Shown: piece by piece, positions 8,472 to 16,540 of the stretch | Layout of the letters: the number at the start of each line of letters is the position of its first letter | Numbering within the stretch: position 1 is the first letter of the stretch | IMG/VR virus record: IMGVR_UViG_3300027563_000500 | Coordinates: 1 to 28,066 of that record | DNA from: a virus | Taxonomy: Duplodnaviria; Caudoviricetes | Direction: 5' to 3' (one strand) | DNA: 28,066 nt | The notes under the pieces: model-generated | Seen by the model: only the letters and a program-made list of their open reading frames with translations | Told to the model about the DNA's origin: nothing | Database searches by the model: none | Made by a program: the position numbers and the translations under genes

Positions 8472-9043
8472 AGACATTTATAGAGAAAAAACGAGAAGAA
8501 GAATGGCGATACATATATCGTGGAAAGCACGATGTAAGTGGCATAGCAGAAATACTTTCATCATACAATGAAGAACAGTGGTGGTTAGATAGAACACGTC
8601 AGCAGACACCACCTTTTGTTCATAGAGAGACAACATCTTTATTTGTTTCAGAAATAATTGGTTGGGAACCAGGCATGCCATATAATCCAACTTTTAGACT
8701 GGAAGATGAGGTCTTGTGGAAAATGGTTAAGCCAATTATAGATCATTATGAAGAAATGCATGATGGCAAAGTAGGCAAGGTGGTATTCCTAAGACTTCCT
8801 GAAGATAAGATTGTTTACCAACATTATGATGAGGGTGACTATCTTGGTTTAGTACATAGGCATCATATTGCTATTAAAACAAATCCAGAAGCAACATTTT
8901 TAATTGATCAGGAAAAAAAGCATATGGAAGTTGGCGATTGTTGGGAAATAAACAACGCAAGATTTCACGGGGTAATAAACAGTGGGAAAACAGAAAGAAT
9001 ACACCTTCTTTTTGACATTATGCCAAACAAGTATATTAAATAG
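8468..9043 (+). CDS. Aspartyl/asparaginyl beta-hydroxylase-family 2OG-Fe(II) oxygenase
   Basis: HYD, RHHIAIKTN, GDCWEINN..FHGVINSGKTERIHLLFD. Confidence 0.85.
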   Translation: MKTFIEKKREEEWRYIYRGKHDVSGIAEILSSYNEEQWWLDRTRQQTPPFVHRETTSLFVSEIIGWEPGMPYNPTFRLEDEVLWKMVKPIIDHYEEMHDGKVGKVVFLRLPEDKIVYQHYDEGDYLGLVHRHHIAIKTNPEATFLIDQEKKHMEVGDCWEINNARFHGVINSGKTERIHLLFDIMPNKYIK

Positions 9044-9052
9044 GAGAAGACA

Positions 9053-9460
9053 ATGTTTGAATATTATGTAAAGAAAGTAACAAAGGTAGTTGATGGAGAT
9101 ACCATTGATGTGGATATTGATTTAGGGTTTGACATTTCTTTTAGTTCAAGAGTCAGACTGGCTGGTATTGATACCCCTGAGTCTCGTACAACAGATAAGG
9201 CTGAAAAGGCTTTAGGACTAGAAGCAAAGGCTTATTTGAAGCATGCTATCGACGGTGCTAAGTCTATTGTGATCAAGACCGAGAAGATAGATTCTTCAGA
9301 AAAATATGGTCGTATTCTTGGTTGGGTTTATCTTGATGGAGATACCGTTTCTATTAATGATAAGATGATTAATGATGGACATGCCTGGGGATACATGGGA
9401 GAAACCAAAGTAAAAGATTTTATGGCACTTGCAAAAGCAAGAGCAAAGAGTGGTAAATAA
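9053..9460 (+). CDS. Thermonuclease (SNase-like)
   Basis: VVDGDTID, RVRLAGIDTPES, KYGRILG; AGGAG RBS. Confidence 0.92.
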   Translation: MFEYYVKKVTKVVDGDTIDVDIDLGFDISFSSRVRLAGIDTPESRTTDKAEKALGLEAKAYLKHAIDGAKSIVIKTEKIDSSEKYGRILGWVYLDGDTVSINDKMINDGHAWGYMGETKVKDFMALAKARAKSGK

Positions 9461-9792
9461 TGTCAGCCGAAGACGAAATAATTAGTTCACTAATCCTTAA
9501 TGGGGGATTAGAGTTTACGGGAATAGATATTGAGTCTGGAGAGGTGTTATATAACTTTACAAATAAATTAGAAAAACTAAACCCAGAACTACACAAAGCA
9601 GCACAACATTATTTTCATTTAGAAATGATGAACTTGTGGGAAAAAGGATTTTTAGATATAGATCTTGAGTCAAAAGATCCAGTGGTTTCAATAACAGACA
9701 AAGCCATGGACAATCAAAATTTAGATACTTTAAACAAGGAAGAAAGGCAGAGCCTTAACGAGGTTATAAGGATAACTAACAAAGAAAGGTAG
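9460..9792 (+). CDS. Hypothetical phage protein
   Basis: TAATG-coupled ORF in the operon. Confidence 0.7.
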   Translation: MSAEDEIISSLILNGGLEFTGIDIESGEVLYNFTNKLEKLNPELHKAAQHYFHLEMMNLWEKGFLDIDLESKDPVVSITDKAMDNQNLDTLNKEERQSLNEVIRITNKER

Positions 9793-9813
9793 TATAATTA
9801 GTTAAGGGGTAAA

Positions 9814-10236
9814 ATGGAATATTTAATTGGCTCTTTTACTACTTTTGTCCTAATATTTTTAATATATTTTATTAAAAAAGACGATAGTAAAGAACAAAAA
9901 ATAGATATAAGGTACAGCCAAAGCCACATTTTTGATCTGGTTAGTCCACTTTTGCCTGCAATGACTAATAAAACTAGAGAAAAGAAAAACTCTCAATCAT
10001 ACAAGCATCATGAAAAAAACAATGTCAGAGTTGTAATTGTTGACGGTCTAGCCTATTGGATAAAAGAAAACGTTTTTTACAAGTCAGAAGTAGTTACAGA
10101 CGGCGTTGACTCTGGAACAGCAGAACCAGTTGACACAATAGGCATGAGTAGTGTAGAATTAGATAAAATGCTGTTCATTATGGACAGATTACGAGAGGGA
10201 TTAGACAATGATAGTGGGAGTACAAGGAACCAGTAG
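9814..10236 (+). CDS. Hypothetical protein with N-terminal TM anchor
   Basis: TATAAT at 9793-9798, AAGGGG RBS, hydrophobic N-terminus. Confidence 0.7.
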   Translation: MEYLIGSFTTFVLIFLIYFIKKDDSKEQKIDIRYSQSHIFDLVSPLLPAMTNKTREKKNSQSYKHHEKNNVRVVIVDGLAYWIKENVFYKSEVVTDGVDSGTAEPVDTIGMSSVELDKMLFIMDRLREGLDNDSGSTRNQ

Positions 10237-10558
10237 TTTTGAAGACTACAACGTATTTTTGCGTTCAATGGGAGTTGCCCTTTCTGGTATGCAAGAAACT
10301 GATGAATACTTTTACATATATTCTGCTGGGCCTGCAAAAGTTAACTCTATGGTTATGGAGTTTGTAAACCTTTCTGAGCGGGGAATGAAAAGTAGGGGCA
10401 AAAAGATTAAGTTCTATAAGGTTGCTCCAAACTGGATATCAGAAAACATTAAAGATATAAACTATCTTGTTTTTTTGTCAAAAGAAAAAGAAAGTGTTTC
10501 AAGACTAGTTGGTGAAGCAAAACTAAATAATATTGATGTTGGAATTTTTAACTACTAA
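10208..10558 (+). CDS. Hypothetical protein, possibly SLOG/DUF2493-like
   Basis: N-terminus MIVGVQGTSSFEDY resembles the YspA/SLOG start; weak resemblance. Confidence 0.5.
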   Translation: MIVGVQGTSSFEDYNVFLRSMGVALSGMQETDEYFYIYSAGPAKVNSMVMEFVNLSERGMKSRGKKIKFYKVAPNWISENIKDINYLVFLSKEKESVSRLVGEAKLNNIDVGIFNY

Positions 10559-10572
10559 AAAGGGGTATATAA

Positions 10573-10782
10573 ATGAAGATTACAGAACTAGATCAAATGG
10601 AAAAAATTGTTGCAAAGGACAAGGCATTGTCTTGGGATGGATGGGATGTTGTTCATTCCTATGTTTCGGATAAAGGTAGAATCTCAAAGTTTGGAAAGTA
10701 CTCTGATGGAAAGTGGTACTTGTCTCGCAGATTTACAGTGACTTCTGACGGCTGGGATATCCCAGACAGATTTGTTAAATAG
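10573..10782 (+). CDS. Trp-rich hypothetical phage protein
   Basis: AGGGG RBS; LSWDGWDVV motif. Confidence 0.7.
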   Translation: MKITELDQMEKIVAKDKALSWDGWDVVHSYVSDKGRISKFGKYSDGKWYLSRRFTVTSDGWDIPDRFVK

Positions 10783-10784
10783 TT

Positions 10785-11078
10785 ATGCACAGGGATAAAT
10801 GGAAAGACAATGCTTTATGTTTTGAATATGACACCAACATATTTTTTGAAAAGTATGAAGAAGAAGAGCCACTAAGAAGTGCTGTAGACCAACTTTGCTC
10901 TAAATGCCCAGTAGCAAAAAAGTGTTTTGCTGTTGGTGTTTCTACAAAAGAGTGGGGAGTTTGGGGCGGAATCTACTTAGAGGCTGGTGTAATATCTAAA
11001 GAGTTTAATAACCATAAAAGCAAGGTTGATTGGGGAAACACATGGAAACATCTAACAACAGAAGAACAAAGTAACTAG
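10785..11078 (+). CDS. whiB: WhiB-family Fe-S transcription regulator
   Basis: W...ALC...FF...CxxCPVxxxC...WGVWGG. Confidence 0.9.
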   Translation: MHRDKWKDNALCFEYDTNIFFEKYEEEEPLRSAVDQLCSKCPVAKKCFAVGVSTKEWGVWGGIYLEAGVISKEFNNHKSKVDWGNTWKHLTTEEQSN

Positions 11079-11734
11079 TGGACATAAAGTTTTATCCAGG
11101 GTCTGAGGCAGTTTACTTTAATACTGAACCGCCAGTTTCAGCAAAAGAGTTAGTTCCAAAATGGTACAAAGATATCAAACCAGATGAACAACTAAATGTA
11201 AAAAACTGCATACCATTTTTAGATACTCTTTCATACGGATACATACAAACAACCTGGGCTGACATTCATGTAGAAAAAGGAATTGATAGGCCAACAATAT
11301 CCTGTAATGGACTTCCACAACTTTTTAGTATAAGAGATAATTCTGATATACAAGTTAATGATAGTTTTTACAAAATTGAGTTTGTGTGGCATAGGTCTTG
11401 GTCTGTTCAATTACCAGAAGGATATAGTGGCCTTGTTACTCATCCTCTTAATAGGCTGGATCTGCCCTTCACTACTCTTTCTGGTGTTGTTGATTTTGAT
11501 CAATACCACCATTCAAAATTTGGCAATATTCCTTTTTATTTAAACAAGAATTTTGAAGGAGTAATACCAAAGGGTACTCCAATTTTTCAGATTATGCCAA
11601 TAAAAAGGGAAGACTGGAACTCACATAAAGAGGAATACGACAAGGACTCATGGAAAGAAAAAGAAGACAAGAGAACATCAATACAGCCAGGCTCATACAA
11701 AAAAATGTTTTGGCAAAGAAAAAGTTTTAAATAG
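11078..11734 (+). CDS. Hypothetical beta-strand-rich protein (DUF6065/dUTPase-like fold suspected)
   Basis: PKWYK, KNCIPFLD..GY, THPLNR..LPFTTLSGVVD, IPKGTPIFQIMP. Confidence 0.55.
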   Translation: MDIKFYPGSEAVYFNTEPPVSAKELVPKWYKDIKPDEQLNVKNCIPFLDTLSYGYIQTTWADIHVEKGIDRPTISCNGLPQLFSIRDNSDIQVNDSFYKIEFVWHRSWSVQLPEGYSGLVTHPLNRLDLPFTTLSGVVDFDQYHHSKFGNIPFYLNKNFEGVIPKGTPIFQIMPIKREDWNSHKEEYDKDSWKEKEDKRTSIQPGSYKKMFWQRKSFK

Positions 11735-11775
11735 AAAATAGTGTATACTTATATAGTTGAAATGGAGATTTTTGT

Positions 11776-12537
11776 ATGATTATTCAGATTATCGGCCTTC
11801 CAGGATCAGGAAAAACCGAACTCGCAAAGGCCTTAAAAGAAAGAATTAACGCTATACACCTTAATGCAGATGAGGTTCGTGCAACTGTAAATTCAGACTT
11901 AGGTTTTGCACCAGAGGATAGACTTGAGCAGGCTCGTCGTATGGGAGAGATGGCAAGGCTTATTGCAAAGCAGGGCGTTGCACCAGTCATTGTTGATTTT
12001 GTTTGCCCAACAGATTTAACTCGTGCAGCATTTGGAAAGCCAGACATTTTGGTATTCATGAGCACGATTGAAGAAGGAAGATTTGAAGACACCAACAAGA
12101 TGTTTGAAATGCCAACAAACTATGACATTGCTTTTATAAGCCATGAGTGGGATGCAAATGAAAAGGCATCGGTAATCATTAATCAGTTTAACTTACATGA
12201 CTGGTCTGCACCTACAACTCTTATGCTGGGTAGGTACCAGCCCTGGCACGAGGGCCACCACGCCCTTTACAAGGAGGCAGGCAAGAGAACTGACCAAGTA
12301 CTCCTTGGAGTCCGTAACACCTACAATACAAGCGAAAAGGATCCTCTTAAGTTTGATCAGGTAAAAGAATATATTGCCAAGGATGATTTTATGGACGGGG
12401 CATTAGTACTAAGACTACCTAACATTACCAACATTGTATATGGTCGTGATGTTGGATACAAGATTGAGCAAGTAGATTTGGGGGCAGACATTCATGCTAT
12501 TAGCGCTACGCAAAAACGTAAAGAGATGGGCATCTAA
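11776..12537 (+). CDS. cysC: Adenylylsulfate (APS) kinase fused to an HxGH nucleotidyltransferase domain
   Basis: P-loop GLPGSGKT, NADEVR...DLGF..EDRLEQARR, FEMP; C-terminal MLGRYQPWHEGH, YGRDVGY, ISATQKR. Confidence 0.85.
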   Translation: MIIQIIGLPGSGKTELAKALKERINAIHLNADEVRATVNSDLGFAPEDRLEQARRMGEMARLIAKQGVAPVIVDFVCPTDLTRAAFGKPDILVFMSTIEEGRFEDTNKMFEMPTNYDIAFISHEWDANEKASVIINQFNLHDWSAPTTLMLGRYQPWHEGHHALYKEAGKRTDQVLLGVRNTYNTSEKDPLKFDQVKEYIAKDDFMDGALVLRLPNITNIVYGRDVGYKIEQVDLGADIHAISATQKRKEMGI

Positions 12538-12582
12538 AGTCTGGAACTTCATCACTAAGCCAAGCAAAATTGAGTGGCCATC

Positions 12583-12786
12583 ATGAATGTATCCAAACAA
12601 AGATCAGCCTTAAAAGCAATTACTTGGCGTGTCATTGGCACAGCAGATACCTTTGTAATATCTTGGTTGATAACTAAAGAGCCAGTTACCGCTGGTGCAA
12701 TCGCAAGTTTTGAGGTATTTACAAAGACAATTCTTTATTACTTCCATGAGCGTGGTTGGAATAAAGTTAAATGGGGTCGTAAATGA
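12583..12786 (+). CDS. DUF2061 membrane protein
   Basis: RSALKAITWRVIGTADT...YYFHERGWNKVKWG. Confidence 0.88.
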   Translation: MNVSKQRSALKAITWRVIGTADTFVISWLITKEPVTAGAIASFEVFTKTILYYFHERGWNKVKWGRK

Positions 12787-12950
12787 GAGATTCATTTATA
12801 TTTAATGAGTTAGATCATTCAGTAGAATTAGTAGTAAAAACAAAGTCTCCGCAAAAATGGATTATTATTGATAGAGAGACTGGTCAAATTTTTCAAGGTA
12901 GCGAGAAAGGGTGCTGGGATAGGCTAGATCCAGTAACAAAGGAAGACTAA
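12783..12950 (+). CDS. 55-aa hypothetical protein (not in ORF track)
   Basis: ATGA and TAATG coupling at both ends; MRDSFIFNELDHSVELVVKTKSPQKWIIIDRETGQIFQG... Confidence 0.7.
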   Translation: MRDSFIFNELDHSVELVVKTKSPQKWIIIDRETGQIFQGSEKGCWDRLDPVTKED

Positions 12951-13186
12951 TGTATACAGATCAAATGAAAAGAGCATTTAGATCAATTCATGCACCCAAA
13001 AACTTTGGTTTGACCCTTATTGATAATGATAATTTTATTACAGTAAAGGCAAGTGAGCCAGAATTTATGAGGTTAACAGTTGAAGATAGAGTTACTGCCG
13101 TAGAATATATGATAAGAGTAAAGAAAGCCTTAGAAGATAACGGAGCCATAGTTCTTTTAGTTCGTGAAGGCGGAAAAGAAGTTTGA
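12950..13186 (+). CDS. Hypothetical phage protein
   Basis: Coupled ORF MYTDQMKRAFRSI... Confidence 0.7.
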   Translation: MYTDQMKRAFRSIHAPKNFGLTLIDNDNFITVKASEPEFMRLTVEDRVTAVEYMIRVKKALEDNGAIVLLVREGGKEV

Positions 13187-14700
13187 AAAATATAGTTGTT
13201 GTCGGTGGTGGAACAGCGGGTTGGTTGACTGCCCTTGCAGCACAAAAAAGATATCCAGAGCACTCAATTACTGTTATAGAAAGTACAGAAATAGGAATCT
13301 TGGGTGCTGGAGAAGGATCAACACCGACTCTTACCTCATTTTTACGACACTTAGATATACCGATAGAAGATTTAATAAAACAAACAAAGTCAACAATCAA
13401 GATAGCAATTAAATTTAATAATTTTAATAAAGAAAATGAAAGTTATTACCATGGATTTGCTATTAATAAATTTAATCCAAAAACAAAAGGTCTTTATTTA
13501 AATGATAAAACAAAAAATAACTTACCAATACTTGACCTTTTCTGCATGTCAGAAAATTTATCACAAAATAAATATAAAACAGGTGCAATGGCTTTGGATG
13601 AAAACAAAATTCCATTCGTAGCCAAAAATGAAGATGTTTCCAATATTTTAGGTTTTGATATATACAATGATTATGCTTTACATTTTGATGCAAGAGCCTT
13701 GGCCAAGTTTCTATCAGAAATTGCAATAGATCGTGGAGTTATTCATATAGACTCCATAGTAGATAAATTTATTCAGAACAATGACGGAAACATAGAAAAG
13801 ATTCAACTAATTAATGGATCTACAATCGTTTCAGATTTTGTTTTTGATTGCACTGGGTTTGCTAGAATAATAAACAAAAAACTTTTTAATACAGAATGGG
13901 TAAGTTTTTCAGACAACCTTCCAGCAAAAAAAGCAGTTCCATTTTTTATTGATATAGACAAAGACAACATACCCCCATATACTGACTCTACTGCAATGAA
14001 TTATGGTTGGATGTGGAAGATACCACTGCAACACAGATATGGCTGTGGATACGTATTTGATTCTGACTATATAACAGAAGATGAGGCAATCCTAGAAATT
14101 GAAGAAAAATTAGGGCATAAGATAGAATCCCCAAAAACATTTAGTTTTGAACCAGGATATTATAAAACTATCTGGAACAACAATACAGTAGCCATAGGAC
14201 TTTCTGGAGGATTTGTTGAACCACTAGAGGCAACCTCAATAATGCAATCTGTAGAAAGTTTAAAAATTGTCTTTAGAAAAGAATTTGATATATTTAATCC
14301 AAAAGAATTAAAGAAAATACTTAATGATAAATATGCAAGTGATTGCGAAGAAATTCGTGACTTCCTATACCTTCACTACATGACAAATAAAACAGACACA
14401 GACTTTTGGTTTAACTTTACCACAAACAACACTATGCCAGAAACCCTAAAGAAAAGAATAAAAGATTTAAACGCTTTAGAATATATAGAAAAAGATGATG
14501 CTTATTTTGCTAAAATAGCGTACTACATTATTATGAACGGAAACAAACTATTTAAAAAAGATTTCTTTGATAAAATAAATAAAATTTTTAAATCAGAAAA
14601 AGATTCAATAGAGATAATAAATAAAAAGAAAATTGTTTTGTCAAATTATTTTATTGATCATTCTGATTTTATTAGAAAGATGGGTGGCTTTAATGAATAG
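13183..14700 (+). CDS. Flavin-dependent tryptophan-halogenase-family protein
   Basis: VVGGGTAGW, GAGEGSTP, K in STIKIAIKF, ALHFDA, FDCTGF, GWMWKIP (WxWxIP), FVEPLEATSI. Confidence 0.92.
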   Translation: MKNIVVVGGGTAGWLTALAAQKRYPEHSITVIESTEIGILGAGEGSTPTLTSFLRHLDIPIEDLIKQTKSTIKIAIKFNNFNKENESYYHGFAINKFNPKTKGLYLNDKTKNNLPILDLFCMSENLSQNKYKTGAMALDENKIPFVAKNEDVSNILGFDIYNDYALHFDARALAKFLSEIAIDRGVIHIDSIVDKFIQNNDGNIEKIQLINGSTIVSDFVFDCTGFARIINKKLFNTEWVSFSDNLPAKKAVPFFIDIDKDNIPPYTDSTAMNYGWMWKIPLQHRYGCGYVFDSDYITEDEAILEIEEKLGHKIESPKTFSFEPGYYKTIWNNNTVAIGLSGGFVEPLEATSIMQSVESLKIVFRKEFDIFNPKELKKILNDKYASDCEEIRDFLYLHYMTNKTDTDFWFNFTTNNTMPETLKKRIKDLNALEYIEKDDAYFAKIAYYIIMNGNKLFKKDFFDKINKIFKSEKDSIEIINKKKIVLSNYFIDHSDFIRKMGGFNE

Positions 14701-14977
14701 AATAAAAGTTTTATTTTTTGTTTTATTAAAAATGAAACAAAGATCTTATTGGAATAAAGAAAACACTGTAGAGTTTTTTGCATTTATGACTAAAGTAACA
14801 ATCATTGTTCCAGGTCTTTTATTTGGAATTCAGTGGTGGTGGTTATATATTTTTGCATTAGTGTCTAGCCTAGCACTGATATGGACATCAACCGTAAAAA
14901 CACTACCAACAATTATAATATTTAATATTATATGGACAACCCTTGCTACAACTGCTATACTTAAGTATTGGCTATAG
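14693..14977 (+). CDS. Small multi-TM membrane protein
   Basis: Three hydrophobic segments; KTLPTIIIFN. Confidence 0.7.
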   Translation: MNRIKVLFFVLLKMKQRSYWNKENTVEFFAFMTKVTIIVPGLLFGIQWWWLYIFALVSSLALIWTSTVKTLPTIIIFNIIWTTLATTAILKYWL

Positions 14978-14985
14978 GAGGAAAA

Positions 14986-15378
14986 ATGTTAGACTTTTTT
15001 ATGTTCTTTGTTTTTATATCTTCTTTCTTGTTTTTGGTATACGACAACGCAAAAATTAGAAGAGCACTATCTAGAGTATCTAAAAAATTATTACAAGCCT
15101 CTATTGATAACGACATACTAAAAAATGATGTATCTGTAAAAAATAGTCAGGAATATTCAAATTTTTTGATTAATTCTAGAGATCAAGCCTACTCATATAT
15201 AGAAACAGTACAAGATGGAGTAGCAAAGTTTGTCTCTGAAGTAGAACCAGAAATTAATTACTTTAAAGAGTACGGAGATATTGGATCAATGGCACCCAAT
15301 TATCACTCAATGAAAAAAATTGTAGAAGAATACGAGCAGTTAAAGATGCTCTTACCTATAGAAGAGGACAAGAAATGA
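14986..15378 (+). CDS. Hypothetical protein with N-terminal TM
   Basis: AGGAGG RBS before ATG 14986. Confidence 0.7.
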   Translation: MLDFFMFFVFISSFLFLVYDNAKIRRALSRVSKKLLQASIDNDILKNDVSVKNSQEYSNFLINSRDQAYSYIETVQDGVAKFVSEVEPEINYFKEYGDIGSMAPNYHSMKKIVEEYEQLKMLLPIEEDKK

Positions 15379-15533
15379 AAGAAATTTTGCTATCTATACT
15401 AACAGGATTTGGATGTGGCATCGTGTTTGCTGCATTCAAACTACCAGTTCCTGCACCACCAGTCTTTGCAGGAGTTGCTGGTATAATTGGATTGTGGCTG
15501 GGCTACTACATACTATCCAATCACATTTCCTAG
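15375..15533 (+). CDS. XapX/DUF1427-domain small membrane protein (not in ORF track)
   Basis: MKEILLSILTGFGCGIVFAAFKLPVPAPPVFAGVAGIIGLWLGY... with the characteristic LPxPAPP motif. Confidence 0.85.
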   Translation: MKEILLSILTGFGCGIVFAAFKLPVPAPPVFAGVAGIIGLWLGYYILSNHIS

Positions 15534-15543
15534 GAGGAATAAA

Positions 15544-15810
15544 ATGAATGAACAAATCAAAGCAGTACTAGCATCATACGGACGATCAGTTCTTGGTGCA
15601 GCACTTGCACTATACATGTCTGGGGTCACAGATCCTAAGACACTTGCATACTCACTATTGGCAGCACTAGCACCAGTAGCATTGAGAGCAATCAATCCAA
15701 ATGATACAGCCTTTGGTCGCATGCCAGATGTAGCAGAAGTTGATTCTGCAGTTAAGAAGGCAACAGTTAAGAAGGCACCTGCCCGTAAGAAGGCAGCAGC
15801 AAAGAAGTAA
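15544..15810 (+). CDS. Holin-like membrane protein with Lys/Ala-rich tail
   Basis: AGGAGG RBS; SYGRS..., PVALRAINPND.AFG; two hydrophobic segments. Confidence 0.65.
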   Translation: MNEQIKAVLASYGRSVLGAALALYMSGVTDPKTLAYSLLAALAPVALRAINPNDTAFGRMPDVAEVDSAVKKATVKKAPARKKAAAKK

Positions 15811-15829
15811 AACAGTAGTATAATATATA

Positions 15830-15950
15830 CTATTCCGCTTGAGACTTTAAAAGGTTTTACAACGGATGTTCCCTTGATGGGAAAGTTAGCAGGAGTTGAA
15901 TCTTCGTGGCTAATAGACCTGAGCAGTCGTCTATAAACTGCTCATTTCTT
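15830..15950 (+). ncRNA. Candidate structured non-coding RNA A
   Basis: TATAAT at 15819-15824, no ORF, three consecutive hairpins, then a pseudoknot/terminator element. Confidence 0.5.
15920..15950 (+). terminator. Probable intrinsic terminator (alternatively a pseudoknot stem)
   Basis: TGAGCAGT / ACTGCTCA 8-bp stem followed by TTTCTT. Confidence 0.55.
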
Positions 15951-15954
15951 ATGC

Positions 15955-16017
15955 TATAATATTAATACCTGCCCAAATGGGGGGTAAATTAACTTATTCG
16001 CTTGAAAGGGGAATAAA
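15955..16017 (+). promoter_or_regulatory. hsp20 promoter and ROSE-like 5' UTR
   Basis: TGcTATAAT (-10 at 15955-15960); hairpin 15966-15986; SD-occluding hairpin 15994-16016 containing TTCGCT. Confidence 0.6.
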
Positions 16018-16443
16018 ATGCACATGAACGCAACAAACTTCGCAATGGATCTATTCAATGATCCCTTTTTTATTGGCTTTAATAGAGACCTAGCCCGTCT
16101 AAACAATGCACACAAAGTAAATTCACAGTCATATCCTCCTTATGACATCCTAAAACTAGATGAAGATACATATCGTATATCTATTGCAATAGCAGGATTT
16201 TCAAAGGAACATATTGATGTTTCAGTAGATAATGGAACATTAATTATTAAGGGTGAGATTATAGAAGTAACAGATGCAGAAGTAGTTCACAAAGGTATAG
16301 CAAGTCGTAAGTTTACACGATCTTTTGCCCTTGGAGAATATATGGAAGTAACTGGTGCAGACCTTAAAGATGGCATGCTACATATTAATGTAGATCGTGT
16401 TGTTCCAGAAGACAAAAAACCTAAGACAATCAAAATCAAGTAG
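16018..16443 (+). CDS. hsp20: Small heat-shock protein Hsp20 (IbpA-like)
   Basis: SYPPYDI, IAIAGFSK, HKGIASRKFTRSF, ADLKDGMLHI. Confidence 0.95.
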   Translation: MHMNATNFAMDLFNDPFFIGFNRDLARLNNAHKVNSQSYPPYDILKLDEDTYRISIAIAGFSKEHIDVSVDNGTLIIKGEIIEVTDAEVVHKGIASRKFTRSFALGEYMEVTGADLKDGMLHINVDRVVPEDKKPKTIKIK

Positions 16444-16455
16444 TACAATATAAAT

Positions 16456-16540
16456 GTCCCCACACAGGACCTTAGTGATGGATTAGTTACCCATTGGATA
16501 GAGACCGTGGCGCAAGTCAGGTGAATTGCCTGTGTGGGGC
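16456..16540 (+). ncRNA. Candidate structured non-coding RNA B
   Basis: TACAAT at 16444-16449; perfect 11-bp closing helix CCCCACACAGG / CCTGTGTGGGG with internal hairpins; GC-rich island, no credible ORF. Confidence 0.55.

Noticed and set aside
15830-16540. Assigning the two candidate RNAs to SRP, SAM/ZTP/c-di-GMP riboswitches or hammerhead/HDV-like ribozymes
   Set aside because: I could not find the diagnostic cores by eye (for example SRP GGAA/GCAGC, hammerhead CUGAUGA/GAAA). Left unassigned pending an Infernal search.
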